Below are positions 45,954 through 54,648 of a stretch of DNA of 58,314 nt, piece by piece. The notes below the pieces were generated by a model, which was not told the DNA's origin, did no database searches, and was given only the letters and a program-made list of their open reading frames with translations. Made by a program: the position numbers and the translations under genes. The DNA is from a virus (Duplodnaviria; Caudoviricetes), in IMG/VR virus record IMGVR_UViG_3300020043_001884, positions 1 through 58,314 of that record; one strand, 5' to 3'. How positions within the stretch are numbered: the first letter of the stretch is position 1; each line of letters starts with the position of its first letter.

Positions 45954-46910
45954 TCACCTGTAGTACAGAACCCGAGGCACAAACCGAATGTTGGCCTTCT
46001 CGCGGTCTTCATCAGCGGCCAACTGCCACTGTTGCTCATACTCCATCTTGAGTGCGGCAACACGATTTGGATCAACATTAGGCAACTTCATGGACAGTTT
46101 GTAAGCCAAGCCTGCAACCATGCACTCTACCAAACGGAAAGGAATGTCCTCAGTTCTTGCCCCTGTTCCAGCATCTTGAATACGACGCATACGCCAGTAA
46201 ACAAACATATAGAACGGATTGCCAATAGAACCTTGATTAGGAATCGGCCAAATGTTGATTGACGGAGGGCGGGTTACATAGACATCAGCTCCGTTGCTAT
46301 GCGTGGTAGCAACAGTGTCTTGCTGGCCACGGCCACAATAGGAGATGTACCCAGCAGTCGTGCCCGTCTTTGTAAGGTTGCTGTAACTAATGACTTCGTT
46401 GTCAATCTTTACAAAGCCAGCCGCAGCCAACCCATTTACGTTCGTCAGGTAAATGGTTGTGTCTGTTGCGCTGTTAATTGCCTGAGACAAAGTGGTAGTG
46501 GCCGTAGAGTTTGTTTCGGCAGTCTGGCGGTTAATCCAGACCTGAATCGGCCTACCTTGGGCGTACTTGTTGGGAATCGTTGAGTACGTTGACTCACTGA
46601 TACGATTGATGTTGATGTCAATCTGGGTTGTACCCTGGCCAGCATTGGTTCGTGTCACCTGATCCAACAGATCAATTGTGTCATTTGGCAAAGCGTAAAT
46701 GGCTTGATTAGGGTACAGAGGAATTTGCCCTTCTTCAATTGTCCACAGGTTAATACCACGGTTTGCCCACTCAATGGTCAGCAAATTCAAACTACGACGG
46801 GCCGTTTTAAAATCATAGCCTGTGCGTAATTCAGAACCGCAACGCTCAAACGCCTCTTCAATGAGGTCGTTGACATCAAGGTTAAAGACTGAAGTGCCCG
46901 TGGTTGTCAT
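45954..46910 (-). CDS. head-tail connector/adaptor with inserted beta domain
   Basis: IEEAFERCG, ARRSLNLL..EWANRG, IWPIP, GLAY. Confidence 0.7.
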   Translation of the reverse strand: MTTTGTSVFNLDVNDLIEEAFERCGSELRTGYDFKTARRSLNLLTIEWANRGINLWTIEEGQIPLYPNQAIYALPNDTIDLLDQVTRTNAGQGTTQIDININRISESTYSTIPNKYAQGRPIQVWINRQTAETNSTATTTLSQAINSATDTTIYLTNVNGLAAAGFVKIDNEVISYSNLTKTGTTAGYISYCGRGQQDTVATTHSNGADVYVTRPPSINIWPIPNQGSIGNPFYMFVYWRMRRIQDAGTGARTEDIPFRLVECMVAGLAYKLSMKLPNVDPNRVAALKMEYEQQWQLAADEDREKANIRFVPRVLYYR

Positions 46911-46913
46911 GAA

Positions 46914-47900
46914 TTACCCGCGAATACGATTAAGCAAATTGGAAATTCCACCAGAACCACTACCAATGCGTCTCCTCAAATTTTGAAGTGCTTCTGGCAT
47001 CATGCGCTGTTGCGGGGGCTGTCTTCCAACTGAAGTAATTGGCTGACCAAGCCTTGAATCATTAACAGGCGGTCTGCTGACTTGAGGTGGAAGAGTAAAA
47101 GGCGTACCGCCACCATACTGGGGACCGGTCGGATAGGGCTGACCCCTGACGTCACCATACTGAGGAACACCCTGACGAGCGTTGTAGTTTGCTATGAAAT
47201 CTTGCTTTATCTTGTCCATATCGGCGCCGGGAGCATACCGCGCCATTGCTGAGTGTTGTCTCCAAGCGTCTTCTGCGCTCCTTGGCTGACCCATACCGCC
47301 ACCATACTGAGGAACACCAGTAAGCGGTCTGCCAACTTGAGTAACAACCCCCTCCTGACCAAACTGAGGGCCGGTCGGATTACTCATAGTGCCGGGGCCA
47401 AAATAACCCTTGTCAGTAATGTAGGGCTGTCCCATATCACCGACAGGCAGTGTGCTGGCAAGCGCAGGGTAAGGCCCGTTAGCGCCAGACGGAGTGCCTT
47501 GCAACAACCTACTAAGCATTTCAGGCGATATACCAGCACCCGGCCCTTGCGGAAAAGGAACGCCAGAACTACCACGACCCATAATGTCTTGCGTAGTTGT
47601 GGTGTTGACAGAACTGAACTGGGGAGGTTGCCCGCCCAAAAACGGGTTTTGCATCGGGGCAGGCATACCGCCTAAGCCAATACCCCCCAGTGCCGAACCG
47701 ATTGCAGGCCCCAAAGCCGCAAACCCTTGAGGTTGCTGGCCAGGGGTTGGCGGAGAATTAATGATGTCATACCCAACCCGCATACCACCACCCGGCTGTG
47801 GCGGGGGAGGGGTCATTGTGGAAGGGGTTGGAGAATATGAGCCTGTCATGGCAGAACCGCCTTGTTGACCTGCATTATTAAGTGGTGCAAAACTTCCCAT
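46914..47900 (-). CDS. Pro/Gly/Gln-rich low-complexity protein
   Basis: 328-aa ORF filling the gap; internal repeats. Confidence 0.65.
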   Translation of the reverse strand: MGSFAPLNNAGQQGGSAMTGSYSPTPSTMTPPPPQPGGGMRVGYDIINSPPTPGQQPQGFAALGPAIGSALGGIGLGGMPAPMQNPFLGGQPPQFSSVNTTTTQDIMGRGSSGVPFPQGPGAGISPEMLSRLLQGTPSGANGPYPALASTLPVGDMGQPYITDKGYFGPGTMSNPTGPQFGQEGVVTQVGRPLTGVPQYGGGMGQPRSAEDAWRQHSAMARYAPGADMDKIKQDFIANYNARQGVPQYGDVRGQPYPTGPQYGGGTPFTLPPQVSRPPVNDSRLGQPITSVGRQPPQQRMMPEALQNLRRRIGSGSGGISNLLNRIRG

Positions 47901-48077
47901 TTATTTCTCCAATTTTTTCAATGTTTGTGCAAGCCGAGCACGTTGCCCAATTTTGCCTGACTTCTTTGCTGCTGTGGCGAGCTTTTTGGCGGGAATAGGT
48001 TTCCCTTCTTTCACGCCAAGTTCTGACCTTAACGCGCCAGGTTTTTTGATTGCTTTCTGAATCCATTTCTCAGCCAT
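47901..48077 (-). CDS. 58-aa basic protein
   Basis: MAEKWIQKAIKKPGALRSELGV...RARLAQTLKKLEK; GAGG RBS. Confidence 0.75.
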   Translation of the reverse strand: MAEKWIQKAIKKPGALRSELGVKEGKPIPAKKLATAAKKSGKIGQRARLAQTLKKLEK

Positions 48078-48310
48078 TACCTATACCTCGCAGTTTTCTG
48101 CGCAATCCCCTTGGGTTGCTTTACAAACTGTTTACCTGCCTTCTTGCCTGCGCGCTTTGCCTTGGTGGTGGCCGCATACTCAGAAGGCGATAAGGCTTTG
48201 ATCGCAGCCTCGGGCAGATACCGCTCTCCCGTCTTTGAAGACGGTTTGCCAGACTTGGTACGCCACTTCTGCGCACCCCAGTCTTTGAGCGATTTCTGCG
48301 GGTCTTTCAC
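48077..48310 (-). CDS. small basic protein
   Basis: QKSLKDW..QKWRTKSG..GERYLP. Confidence 0.75.
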   Translation of the reverse strand: MKDPQKSLKDWGAQKWRTKSGKPSSKTGERYLPEAAIKALSPSEYAATTKAKRAGKKAGKQFVKQPKGIAQKTARYR

Positions 48311-48591
48311 TTATATCCCCCACCCTTGGCTTTGTACTGCTTGGCCAGCAACTGCGCTTTGCGGGCGCTCCACTGACCTGCTCCAGTACCTTGCACAGCC
48401 CGAGACTTGATGGACTCAAACAAAGACTTACGCATCCCAGGCTTGGTGTAGTTTCCAGCCTCATTGACCTTTGACTTTACTTTTCCGCCCTCGGCGTACT
48501 GGGTAAAGTCAGTGTTGTCACGACGAGACTTGCGCTTCCCAGCAGGCATCTTGCTGGGATTGATGTCGCCCATGCCCCGGCTGGCCCTCAT
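48307..48591 (-). CDS. small basic protein
   Basis: YAEGGKV, NYTKP, GQWSARKAQ..YK..GGGY. Confidence 0.75.
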   Translation of the reverse strand: MRASRGMGDINPSKMPAGKRKSRRDNTDFTQYAEGGKVKSKVNEAGNYTKPGMRKSLFESIKSRAVQGTGAGQWSARKAQLLAKQYKAKGGGYK

Positions 48592-48593
48592 GG

Positions 48594-48899
48594 TTAGACA
48601 ATCTTTCCGCGTGTGTGACCACGCTCTGCGCAACCATCAGCACGCTTAGAGGCGCTGGAAACTTTTCCACCGCTCTTCATAGAAGTGCGTGATTTGTTGT
48701 AAGCCTTCTCGGCCGCACGCATCATGCGATCTTCTTTGAGTTGGTCAGCCATGCCCATGGCGTCCATCGGAGAAACATAGTCCTCCTCGGGAACGTTGAC
48801 GGGACGGGGATTGATTCGACCCCGGCCGGCCCCTGCCGTCGGGAAACGAGCGCCCACAACAACTTCTTGCTCGGGCATCATCTTGGGCATCTTGGGCAT
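48594..48899 (-). CDS. small protein with MKSGGKV / RADGCAERGHTRG motifs
   Basis: Translation. Confidence 0.7.
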   Translation of the reverse strand: MPKMPKMMPEQEVVVGARFPTAGAGRGRINPRPVNVPEEDYVSPMDAMGMADQLKEDRMMRAAEKAYNKSRTSMKSGGKVSSASKRADGCAERGHTRGKIV

Positions 48900-48910
48900 G
48901 TCTATTCCAA

Positions 48911-49312
48911 TCAGCAGGCTTTGCCGCCGTAACGCATGTTCTTGCTACCAGCCATGGCAACCTTCATGCCGCGTGTCTTGCCTTTCTTGGCAATACCATC
49001 AGCCGACTTATGACCAGCAGCCAAACCACCAGAAGCCATCTTCTTGGTCTTGCCACCACTCTTCATGCCAGCCTCGGCCATCTCATGCTTGATCATGGAC
49101 TTAGGGGCGCCAGCCTTCTTCATAAAGCCGACTTCTTTTTTCATCATTGCCTTGGATTCTTTCATGTCACCACCTTTGGAAAATTTGCGGCCTTCGTCGG
49201 CCTTCATAAAATCTTTGCCCACAGAAGTAGGCACCCCGGCTTTCTTGGCAAACGCTGGGTTGTTGGCCACCGCAGCCATGAAATTGTGTTGTTTCTTGCT
49301 AGTTGAAGGCAC
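48911..49312 (-). CDS. Lys/Met-rich basic protein
   Basis: MPSTSKKQHNFMAA; four [MF]xxGG motifs. Confidence 0.75.
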   Translation of the reverse strand: MPSTSKKQHNFMAAVANNPAFAKKAGVPTSVGKDFMKADEGRKFSKGGDMKESKAMMKKEVGFMKKAGAPKSMIKHEMAEAGMKSGGKTKKMASGGLAAGHKSADGIAKKGKTRGMKVAMAGSKNMRYGGKAC

Positions 49313-49547
49313 TTCGATTTTCCTTAATGAATGTGTCGATTTTTGCTTCCAACCGATCCAACCGGTCTAAAACTCGGTTGATGTCGTTGTGAACTTCTAC
49401 CTTGGTCACGTATTCCTTGGCAATCTCCTCCCTGGTGCGATTCAGCAGAATCTGCACCCTCTGGAGTTCGGCCGACTTCTCCTTGAGACTCCATCCGAGT
49501 AACCCAAGTAATGTAGTCAGCAAGGCATTCCATATCATCAATTCCAT
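49299..49547 (-). CDS. TM + coiled-coil protein
   Basis: LLNRTREEIAKEYVTK...LDRLEAKID. Confidence 0.7.
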   Translation of the reverse strand: MELMIWNALLTTLLGLLGWSLKEKSAELQRVQILLNRTREEIAKEYVTKVEVHNDINRVLDRLDRLEAKIDTFIKENRSAFN

Positions 49548-49548
49548 T

Positions 49549-49809
49549 TCAGCAATTCCATGCTCTCAATGATTTGTTGATTCGAGAATCTGGGTCTTTC
49601 TTTGTCTTCTCGCTGGTGAGCTTTTCCTTCATACCCTCCATCCTGGCGCAGAAGGAAGCACGGCGTCCGGCGTCTTTCTTTGTTTTGGGTTTGGGAGCGG
49701 GAGGCTTGAGATTCATCCCCTGTGCTTTGGCAGAGGCGCGGCCTTTGGCGTTCAGACCGCCCTTGGGATTCTTGCCTTCTTTGCGTTGCCATGCTGGTGT
49801 CTTAGCCAT
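49549..49809 (-). CDS. small basic protein
   Basis: KNPKGGLN..GR, RRASFCARM, SLRAWNC. Confidence 0.75.
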   Translation of the reverse strand: MAKTPAWQRKEGKNPKGGLNAKGRASAKAQGMNLKPPAPKPKTKKDAGRRASFCARMEGMKEKLTSEKTKKDPDSRINKSLRAWNC

Positions 49810-50539
49810 TTGCAACCTTCAATTTCTTTTTGCGGATTTCATCTAGCAGAGGCATCAACACTTCAGTCTTGAAGTCGTTGGTGAATTCTTCTGTGCCAAC
49901 GTGTGGCAAGCTGATCTCCACATCAAGCCAAACTTTGTAACCCAAAGCGCGGGCAGCATCGCAGAACGCATAGTCCTCGCCCACAAACATTCCGTCTTTG
50001 AGTTTAAATTCAAATATGTTGGCAACTTTGCCAACACCGTCTTGTCCTAAGTACGTATCCGCCCTCTCAGCCAGCGCCTCAATAACGCCACGACGGACTA
50101 ACATGAACCCAGTGCCCACACGATTAACACGCATCATGGAGCCTTCAAACTCCAAGTTGCCTTCGTCGTCGTAGTGCAAGTCCATGAAGAACATCTTGTC
50201 TTTACGGCGACGGGGGTAAGCCCCAGCCGTGATGTCCTTATCACCGCTTTGTGCCATCAAACGCAAGATGTGATCGGGTTCAGCAATCACATCTGCGTCG
50301 ATGAACAACAGGTCTGTGCAGTCGGACTGTAAAAATTGATCAACCAACATGTTGCGCGCCATCGTAATGATGGAACACCCAGACACATGGCCGAGTCTTA
50401 CAGACACGCCAACACGTAAAGCCATCGGCATTAGTTGTGCAATCGTATAGGCGAGTTTGATACTCACCTTACCGTCATACGCCGGGATGGCGATAAACAA
50501 CTTGCGCCCACTAAGGTCGATGGACTTTTGTTCACCCAT
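49802..50539 (-). CDS. GT-A (GT2-like) glycosyltransferase
   Basis: AIPAY, ARN, FIDAD (DxD), GTGFML, GEDYAFC, HVG. Confidence 0.8.
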   Translation of the reverse strand: MGEQKSIDLSGRKLFIAIPAYDGKVSIKLAYTIAQLMPMALRVGVSVRLGHVSGCSIITMARNMLVDQFLQSDCTDLLFIDADVIAEPDHILRLMAQSGDKDITAGAYPRRRKDKMFFMDLHYDDEGNLEFEGSMMRVNRVGTGFMLVRRGVIEALAERADTYLGQDGVGKVANIFEFKLKDGMFVGEDYAFCDAARALGYKVWLDVEISLPHVGTEEFTNDFKTEVLMPLLDEIRKKKLKVANG

Positions 50540-51032
50540 AAAACACCGTTGTCGTTACGTTAGAAACAACGCCAACAAAAATGCCGTCGTTTGCCAAAAT
50601 TCCTTCTCCAGGAATAACGACATTGAAAGCGGTTGGGTTGTAACAATCAACTTCCATCAAAATATCAGCGTACATAACAACATCCGGATTTCCGGTGATG
50701 CTTCCAGTAGCGCTGTCTGTGACGGTAAAAGTTGTTGAGTTGCTAACAGTGACAGCGTACACATTGTCTGTTGCCGTACCGCCAGTTCCAGCAGAAAAAT
50801 CTAACCACACACGGTCACCGGTAGCCAGGCCGTGATTGGCCATCGTAACGGTAACAGTGTTGGTGGTTCGACTATACGTGCCAGATTGGGATACGTTGTT
50901 TGCAAAGACAGTGTTTCGAGAGGCCGCAGAAGTATTTGAAGATACAACTGCGCCCTTCAGACGCGTCCGATAGCCTACAGCAACGCTAGGAGCGTTTATG
51001 TGTATTGACTTAACGTCATACTGCATGGCCAT
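50532..51032 (-). CDS. virion structural protein
   Basis: QYDVKS...IPGEGIL with inserted HGLATGD beta domain. Confidence 0.7.
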   Translation of the reverse strand: MAMQYDVKSIHINAPSVAVGYRTRLKGAVVSSNTSAASRNTVFANNVSQSGTYSRTTNTVTVTMANHGLATGDRVWLDFSAGTGGTATDNVYAVTVSNSTTFTVTDSATGSITGNPDVVMYADILMEVDCYNPTAFNVVIPGEGILANDGIFVGVVSNVTTTVFYG

Positions 51033-51044
51033 GGCGGCCTCCTA

Positions 51045-51530
51045 TCAGTTCTGGAACGCAGTGGGAGCCTGAGCACCGTCGGAGTTGCGAACCACATACT
51101 CAATGGTAATGGTTGCAGCACCGGTCGTAGCGGCAGTGCCAACAGCGGCAAACACGCCAGTGATGATCACATCAGTCGAACCGACGTTCACAAAAGTGGA
51201 TGGCGATGCGTAGGTCACAGAAGCACGACCAGCGGCAATCGGAGTGGTGGTAGCGCCACCAACAGTGCCGATGGTTGTTGCACCGGCCTTGACGGTGATA
51301 GTGTTACCAGTTCCCGCATCAAACGGAGAGGTCACATCAACAAAGATGTTCAGAATTTGCGAACCAGCGGGAAGCACTGCAACGTTTGCAGCGGAAGTGG
51401 TGGTTCGGGTAATAGCACCAGACTGAGCGACGATAGTCAAACCCATGTTGCTAATGGTACCGGCAGTAGTACCGGTGGTGTCTTTTACAGTGCCCAGACG
51501 CCACGGGCCAAGGTGGGAAGCGAAACCCAT
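51045..51530 (-). CDS. capsid decoration-like protein
   Basis: LPAGSQILNI; GAGGAG RBS; follows the MCP. Confidence 0.6.
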   Translation of the reverse strand: MGFASHLGPWRLGTVKDTTGTTAGTISNMGLTIVAQSGAITRTTTSAANVAVLPAGSQILNIFVDVTSPFDAGTGNTITVKAGATTIGTVGGATTTPIAAGRASVTYASPSTFVNVGSTDVIITGVFAAVGTAATTGAATITIEYVVRNSDGAQAPTAFQN

Positions 51531-51542
51531 ATCAAACTCCTC

Positions 51543-51609
51543 ATGCACAAGTCCCTGTACCGTCGGTGCATCGTCCACTAGGCTGGCTGGTACAGATCAA
51601 AAATCCTAG
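51543..51609 (-). ncRNA. double-pseudoknot leader RNA (putative cis-regulatory)
   Basis: Three perfectly complementary, interleaved pairings: CUAGG/CCUAG, CUGUACC/GGUACAG, AUGCAC/GUGCAU. Confidence 0.5.
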
Positions 51610-51629
51610 ACGTGAAAGCAATATACACC

Positions 51630-51660
51630 AAAAGAAAAGGGGGGACAAGCCCCCCTTCTC
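51630..51660 (-). terminator. intrinsic terminator after the major capsid gene
   Basis: AAGGGGGG/CCCCCCUU stem plus U-rich tail. Confidence 0.8.
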
Positions 51661-51662
51661 TA

Positions 51663-52571
51663 TTAGGCTCCTTGCGAGCCAAACATGCCCAGCGGATCAG
51701 ACCAGCCGAACGAGTAACGCTCGCGGGCCTTGTAGCGGACGTTGCCGGTGTCAAAGTCACCGTCCATCGACTGCGCCAGAGGCGTGCGAACGAAGTGCTT
51801 CATGCCGTTGGGAACGTCAGTGGTCAGGAACCAAGCGTTCGTGTCGGTCAAGAAGTGGTTAATGGTGTAACCATCGGGGATGGAACCATTGTTCTTCAGT
51901 GCGTTGATGTCGTTGTCAGTGGTGCCGACACGGAGTTCGGTTTCCAGCAGACGGGTCGCAACGAATTGCAGCGACGGGGGAACGATCAACTTCTTGGGGC
52001 GAGCAGCGATCAACAGATCACGTTCGTCAGTCCACAAGCTGATCTGAATAACGGCGGCTTCCAAGGAAGTCTCGTTCAGGTCAGCAGGGGTGCTGGGAAT
52101 GTTGCTGTTGGTACCGCCAGACACCAAGGGGTGGGCGTTGGAGAACAGAGGCACGCCGTCGCCACCGTTGTAGCCAGAGGTGAAACCGTTGTTCAGAACA
52201 GCGGCAGCCTTGACTTGCTTGGTGTAGGCCATAGCACGGGCCAGGGCTTTGGTGTAACGAGCAGACAGGCTGTCGTACAGGTTGTCTTCGATGGCCTCTT
52301 CGGTCAGCGAGAAACCCAAAGCGATGGTTTCGTGGTTATAGCGGGCGGTCCAGGCTTCCTGGCCATTGTCGTACGCGATGGCAGAACCTTCGTTCTTCAC
52401 CGGTGCGGCAGAGAAGCCAGACAACTTGGTTTCCTCTTCAAAACTACGCTCCGATGTCTCGGTTTCGTAGATTTCTTTGTGCTCTTCGCCGTAGCGAGCA
52501 TACTCAAGGCCGAACAAAGCGTTCAAGCCGGGGAGCAGTTCTTTGAGCAGTTGTGCGCGTGAAATAGCCAT
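51663..52571 (-). CDS. major capsid protein
   Basis: MAISRAQLLKELLPGLNALFG, KARERYSFG; downstream of portal/scaffold and followed by a terminator. Confidence 0.9.
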   Translation of the reverse strand: MAISRAQLLKELLPGLNALFGLEYARYGEEHKEIYETETSERSFEEETKLSGFSAAPVKNEGSAIAYDNGQEAWTARYNHETIALGFSLTEEAIEDNLYDSLSARYTKALARAMAYTKQVKAAAVLNNGFTSGYNGGDGVPLFSNAHPLVSGGTNSNIPSTPADLNETSLEAAVIQISLWTDERDLLIAARPKKLIVPPSLQFVATRLLETELRVGTTDNDINALKNNGSIPDGYTINHFLTDTNAWFLTTDVPNGMKHFVRTPLAQSMDGDFDTGNVRYKARERYSFGWSDPLGMFGSQGA

Positions 52572-52587
52572 TTGTCAGTACTCCTTA

Positions 52588-53196
52588 TTAGACGCCAGTG
52601 GTGTCGTTGTACTGATGCAGGTTGAACTTCACAATGAACTCATAGTAGTACGTGGTACCACCAGAGACATAAGAAGATTCAGGCACAACATCAACCACGC
52701 GCACAGGCAGGGTGTTGGTGGTGTCGGCAGACGCACCGTTGATGCCATAGGCAGAGTCGCCAGTGGCAGTCGAACCGGTAGCAGTAGCCATCGCCACGTT
52801 GGAGCCAACCAAAGCACGGGTATAACCAGTGGGGGTGGTGGTCGAACTAGCGGCCGAAACAACCTTAAAAGTTGCATACGGATCATCCACAACGTAGGCA
52901 TAAGCCAGGTTAGAAGATGTCGAAGCGGCTGCGGGATAGTACTGACCCTGAACGGTTTGACCCGAAGAGTTTACGTACTGGCAACCAACCAACACGCCCA
53001 CGGCATCGCCAGAGTTGCTGGTAGTCTTGGCCACGAGAAAACCCGTGGTATCGATTTGAACGGTGTCGCCGTTCAGAATTGCGGTTGCGTAAGCAGCCGC
53101 AATGGGGATCAGACGAGTCTGACCTGCGTACGGCAGACCATCAAGTCGATTGATGGGCTTGAAGCCATACGTCTTTGTAACACTGGGGTAAGCCAT
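52588..53196 (-). CDS. capsid-associated (decoration/cement) protein
   Basis: YGFKP, GVLVGCQY, YVVDDP; directly upstream of MCP. Confidence 0.65.
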   Translation of the reverse strand: MAYPSVTKTYGFKPINRLDGLPYAGQTRLIPIAAAYATAILNGDTVQIDTTGFLVAKTTSNSGDAVGVLVGCQYVNSSGQTVQGQYYPAAASTSSNLAYAYVVDDPYATFKVVSAASSTTTPTGYTRALVGSNVAMATATGSTATGDSAYGINGASADTTNTLPVRVVDVVPESSYVSGGTTYYYEFIVKFNLHQYNDTTGV

Positions 53197-53217
53197 TGTT
53201 TAACTCCAAAGATTTTT

Positions 53218-53664
53218 TCAACGTTTACCAACGCTACTCTCGGATTTACGCTCTTTAAAAAGCGGCATCCTTGCATCGCTTTGGCGCATAAAATTGTTGT
53301 CCACGGCTTCCGTCTGATTTTTAGTTTGCTTAGAGAAATATTGATTTCTCTGTTCAACCATTTCAGTCGGAGTTTTGCAGAGCAACAACCCGCCGATCTC
53401 AATGTTGTCCTTGTAACGGGACGTGGGATCGACTAGCAGTTTGAATTTTGGTTGTTCCTCAATCCGCACCGGCTCCCAACCTTCACGTAATTTGGACGAA
53501 AGGTTACGCGGGTCAGGCGCATTTAAGGTTGCAACACGAATCCAACGGTAGTTAAAACCAGCCTCTTTGTCCGGCTCGGGGAGCATTTCCGGCTGCATCC
53601 ACTGCTTGGGACGCTCGGCAAATTCTCGGTTTTCAACTTCACGGGGTAGGCGATTGTTAGCCAT
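53218..53664 (-). CDS. head-module conserved protein
   Basis: YRWIR, LREGWEPV, IGGLLLCK. Confidence 0.7.
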   Translation of the reverse strand: MANNRLPREVENREFAERPKQWMQPEMLPEPDKEAGFNYRWIRVATLNAPDPRNLSSKLREGWEPVRIEEQPKFKLLVDPTSRYKDNIEIGGLLLCKTPTEMVEQRNQYFSKQTKNQTEAVDNNFMRQSDARMPLFKERKSESSVGKR

Positions 53665-54634
53665 TTGTTCTCTCCAGTTTCAACTTTTCCAAAGCATATT
53701 TTTCAGGGGTCAAACCAAGTTTTTTTGCCAAACTCAGTTCACTTTGCGTCAATTTCACCTTGTTTGAAGAGGTGCTTCGACTGGCCGGAGCTACAACTGT
53801 AGATGGCCGTTTACTCCTTACTCCATTCTTTGTTCCAGTTTCCTCCTGATCTTCAAATTCCTCGGGGAATTTGCTGCGAATTGCTTTGTCCAATTCACGA
53901 TAGTACCTGTCAGACCCAATCGCAATGCCAGAGTCTTTCAACTCTTCATGAACTCCAAACGCATAGGCGGTCATGCTTCGTCTTTGACCAAACCATGGAT
54001 TGCGTTCTTGCCATTCCAGAGCTTTTTCATCTGGCCTGGGCGTTTGAACAACGGGTTCAACAGGTTCGTAATGAGTTTGTACCTCATTCTGTGCGGGCTG
54101 TAAAGAGGCCGCTTGCATGTTTCTGGCTTGCAAAGAATTGAGGTTTGCCTGTTGTAAGGCCTTATTGGCCTCCACAATCTTGTCGGCATCCCCACTTTCA
54201 TAAGCCTCTTTGTAAGACTGTTCAGCAATTTTCAGCTGCATTTCGGCTGCGCTGGCAACCGTATTTGCATAGGCTTGGCCACCATACTGAAGTGTTTGCT
54301 GCATCTTCAGGTTCTCGTCACGCAACTTCTTTGCATAAGCGATAGCGGCTTGTTGTTCACGCAAAGCAGCTTCTTTTTCTCGCCGCTCATCGTGCCAAAC
54401 TTTCTTCATTTGCTTGAGTTTTTTCTTGACTTCCTCGTCATAGCGCTCGATTTCAAGGCCATCGTTCTCAAGCTCTTCTTTCAGGTTCTGAGGAAGGGGC
54501 GCTTTATTGCGGTCTTCCTCAGGAGTGTCATCTTCAATTTCTACGACGACTTCAGGCTCACCTTTTTTGGAGTCTTCCTTGTCTTCAATTTCGTCGGGAA
54601 ATTTAAATTCTTGATCGTCCATTTTTGTTGCCAT
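53657..54634 (-). CDS. capsid scaffolding protein
   Basis: Acidic coiled coil; W..RNPWFG; LAKKLGL..EKYA C-terminus. Confidence 0.75.
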   Translation of the reverse strand: MATKMDDQEFKFPDEIEDKEDSKKGEPEVVVEIEDDTPEEDRNKAPLPQNLKEELENDGLEIERYDEEVKKKLKQMKKVWHDERREKEAALREQQAAIAYAKKLRDENLKMQQTLQYGGQAYANTVASAAEMQLKIAEQSYKEAYESGDADKIVEANKALQQANLNSLQARNMQAASLQPAQNEVQTHYEPVEPVVQTPRPDEKALEWQERNPWFGQRRSMTAYAFGVHEELKDSGIAIGSDRYYRELDKAIRSKFPEEFEDQEETGTKNGVRSKRPSTVVAPASRSTSSNKVKLTQSELSLAKKLGLTPEKYALEKLKLERTNG

Positions 54635-54648
54635 GTGTGGCTCCTTTC

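Noticed and set aside
51612-53436. Long plus-strand ORFs (316 aa, 297 aa)
   Set aside because: Antisense shadows of the capsid genes caused by codon bias; no motifs. The same applies to 36408..37235, 20331..20960 and 19432..20088.
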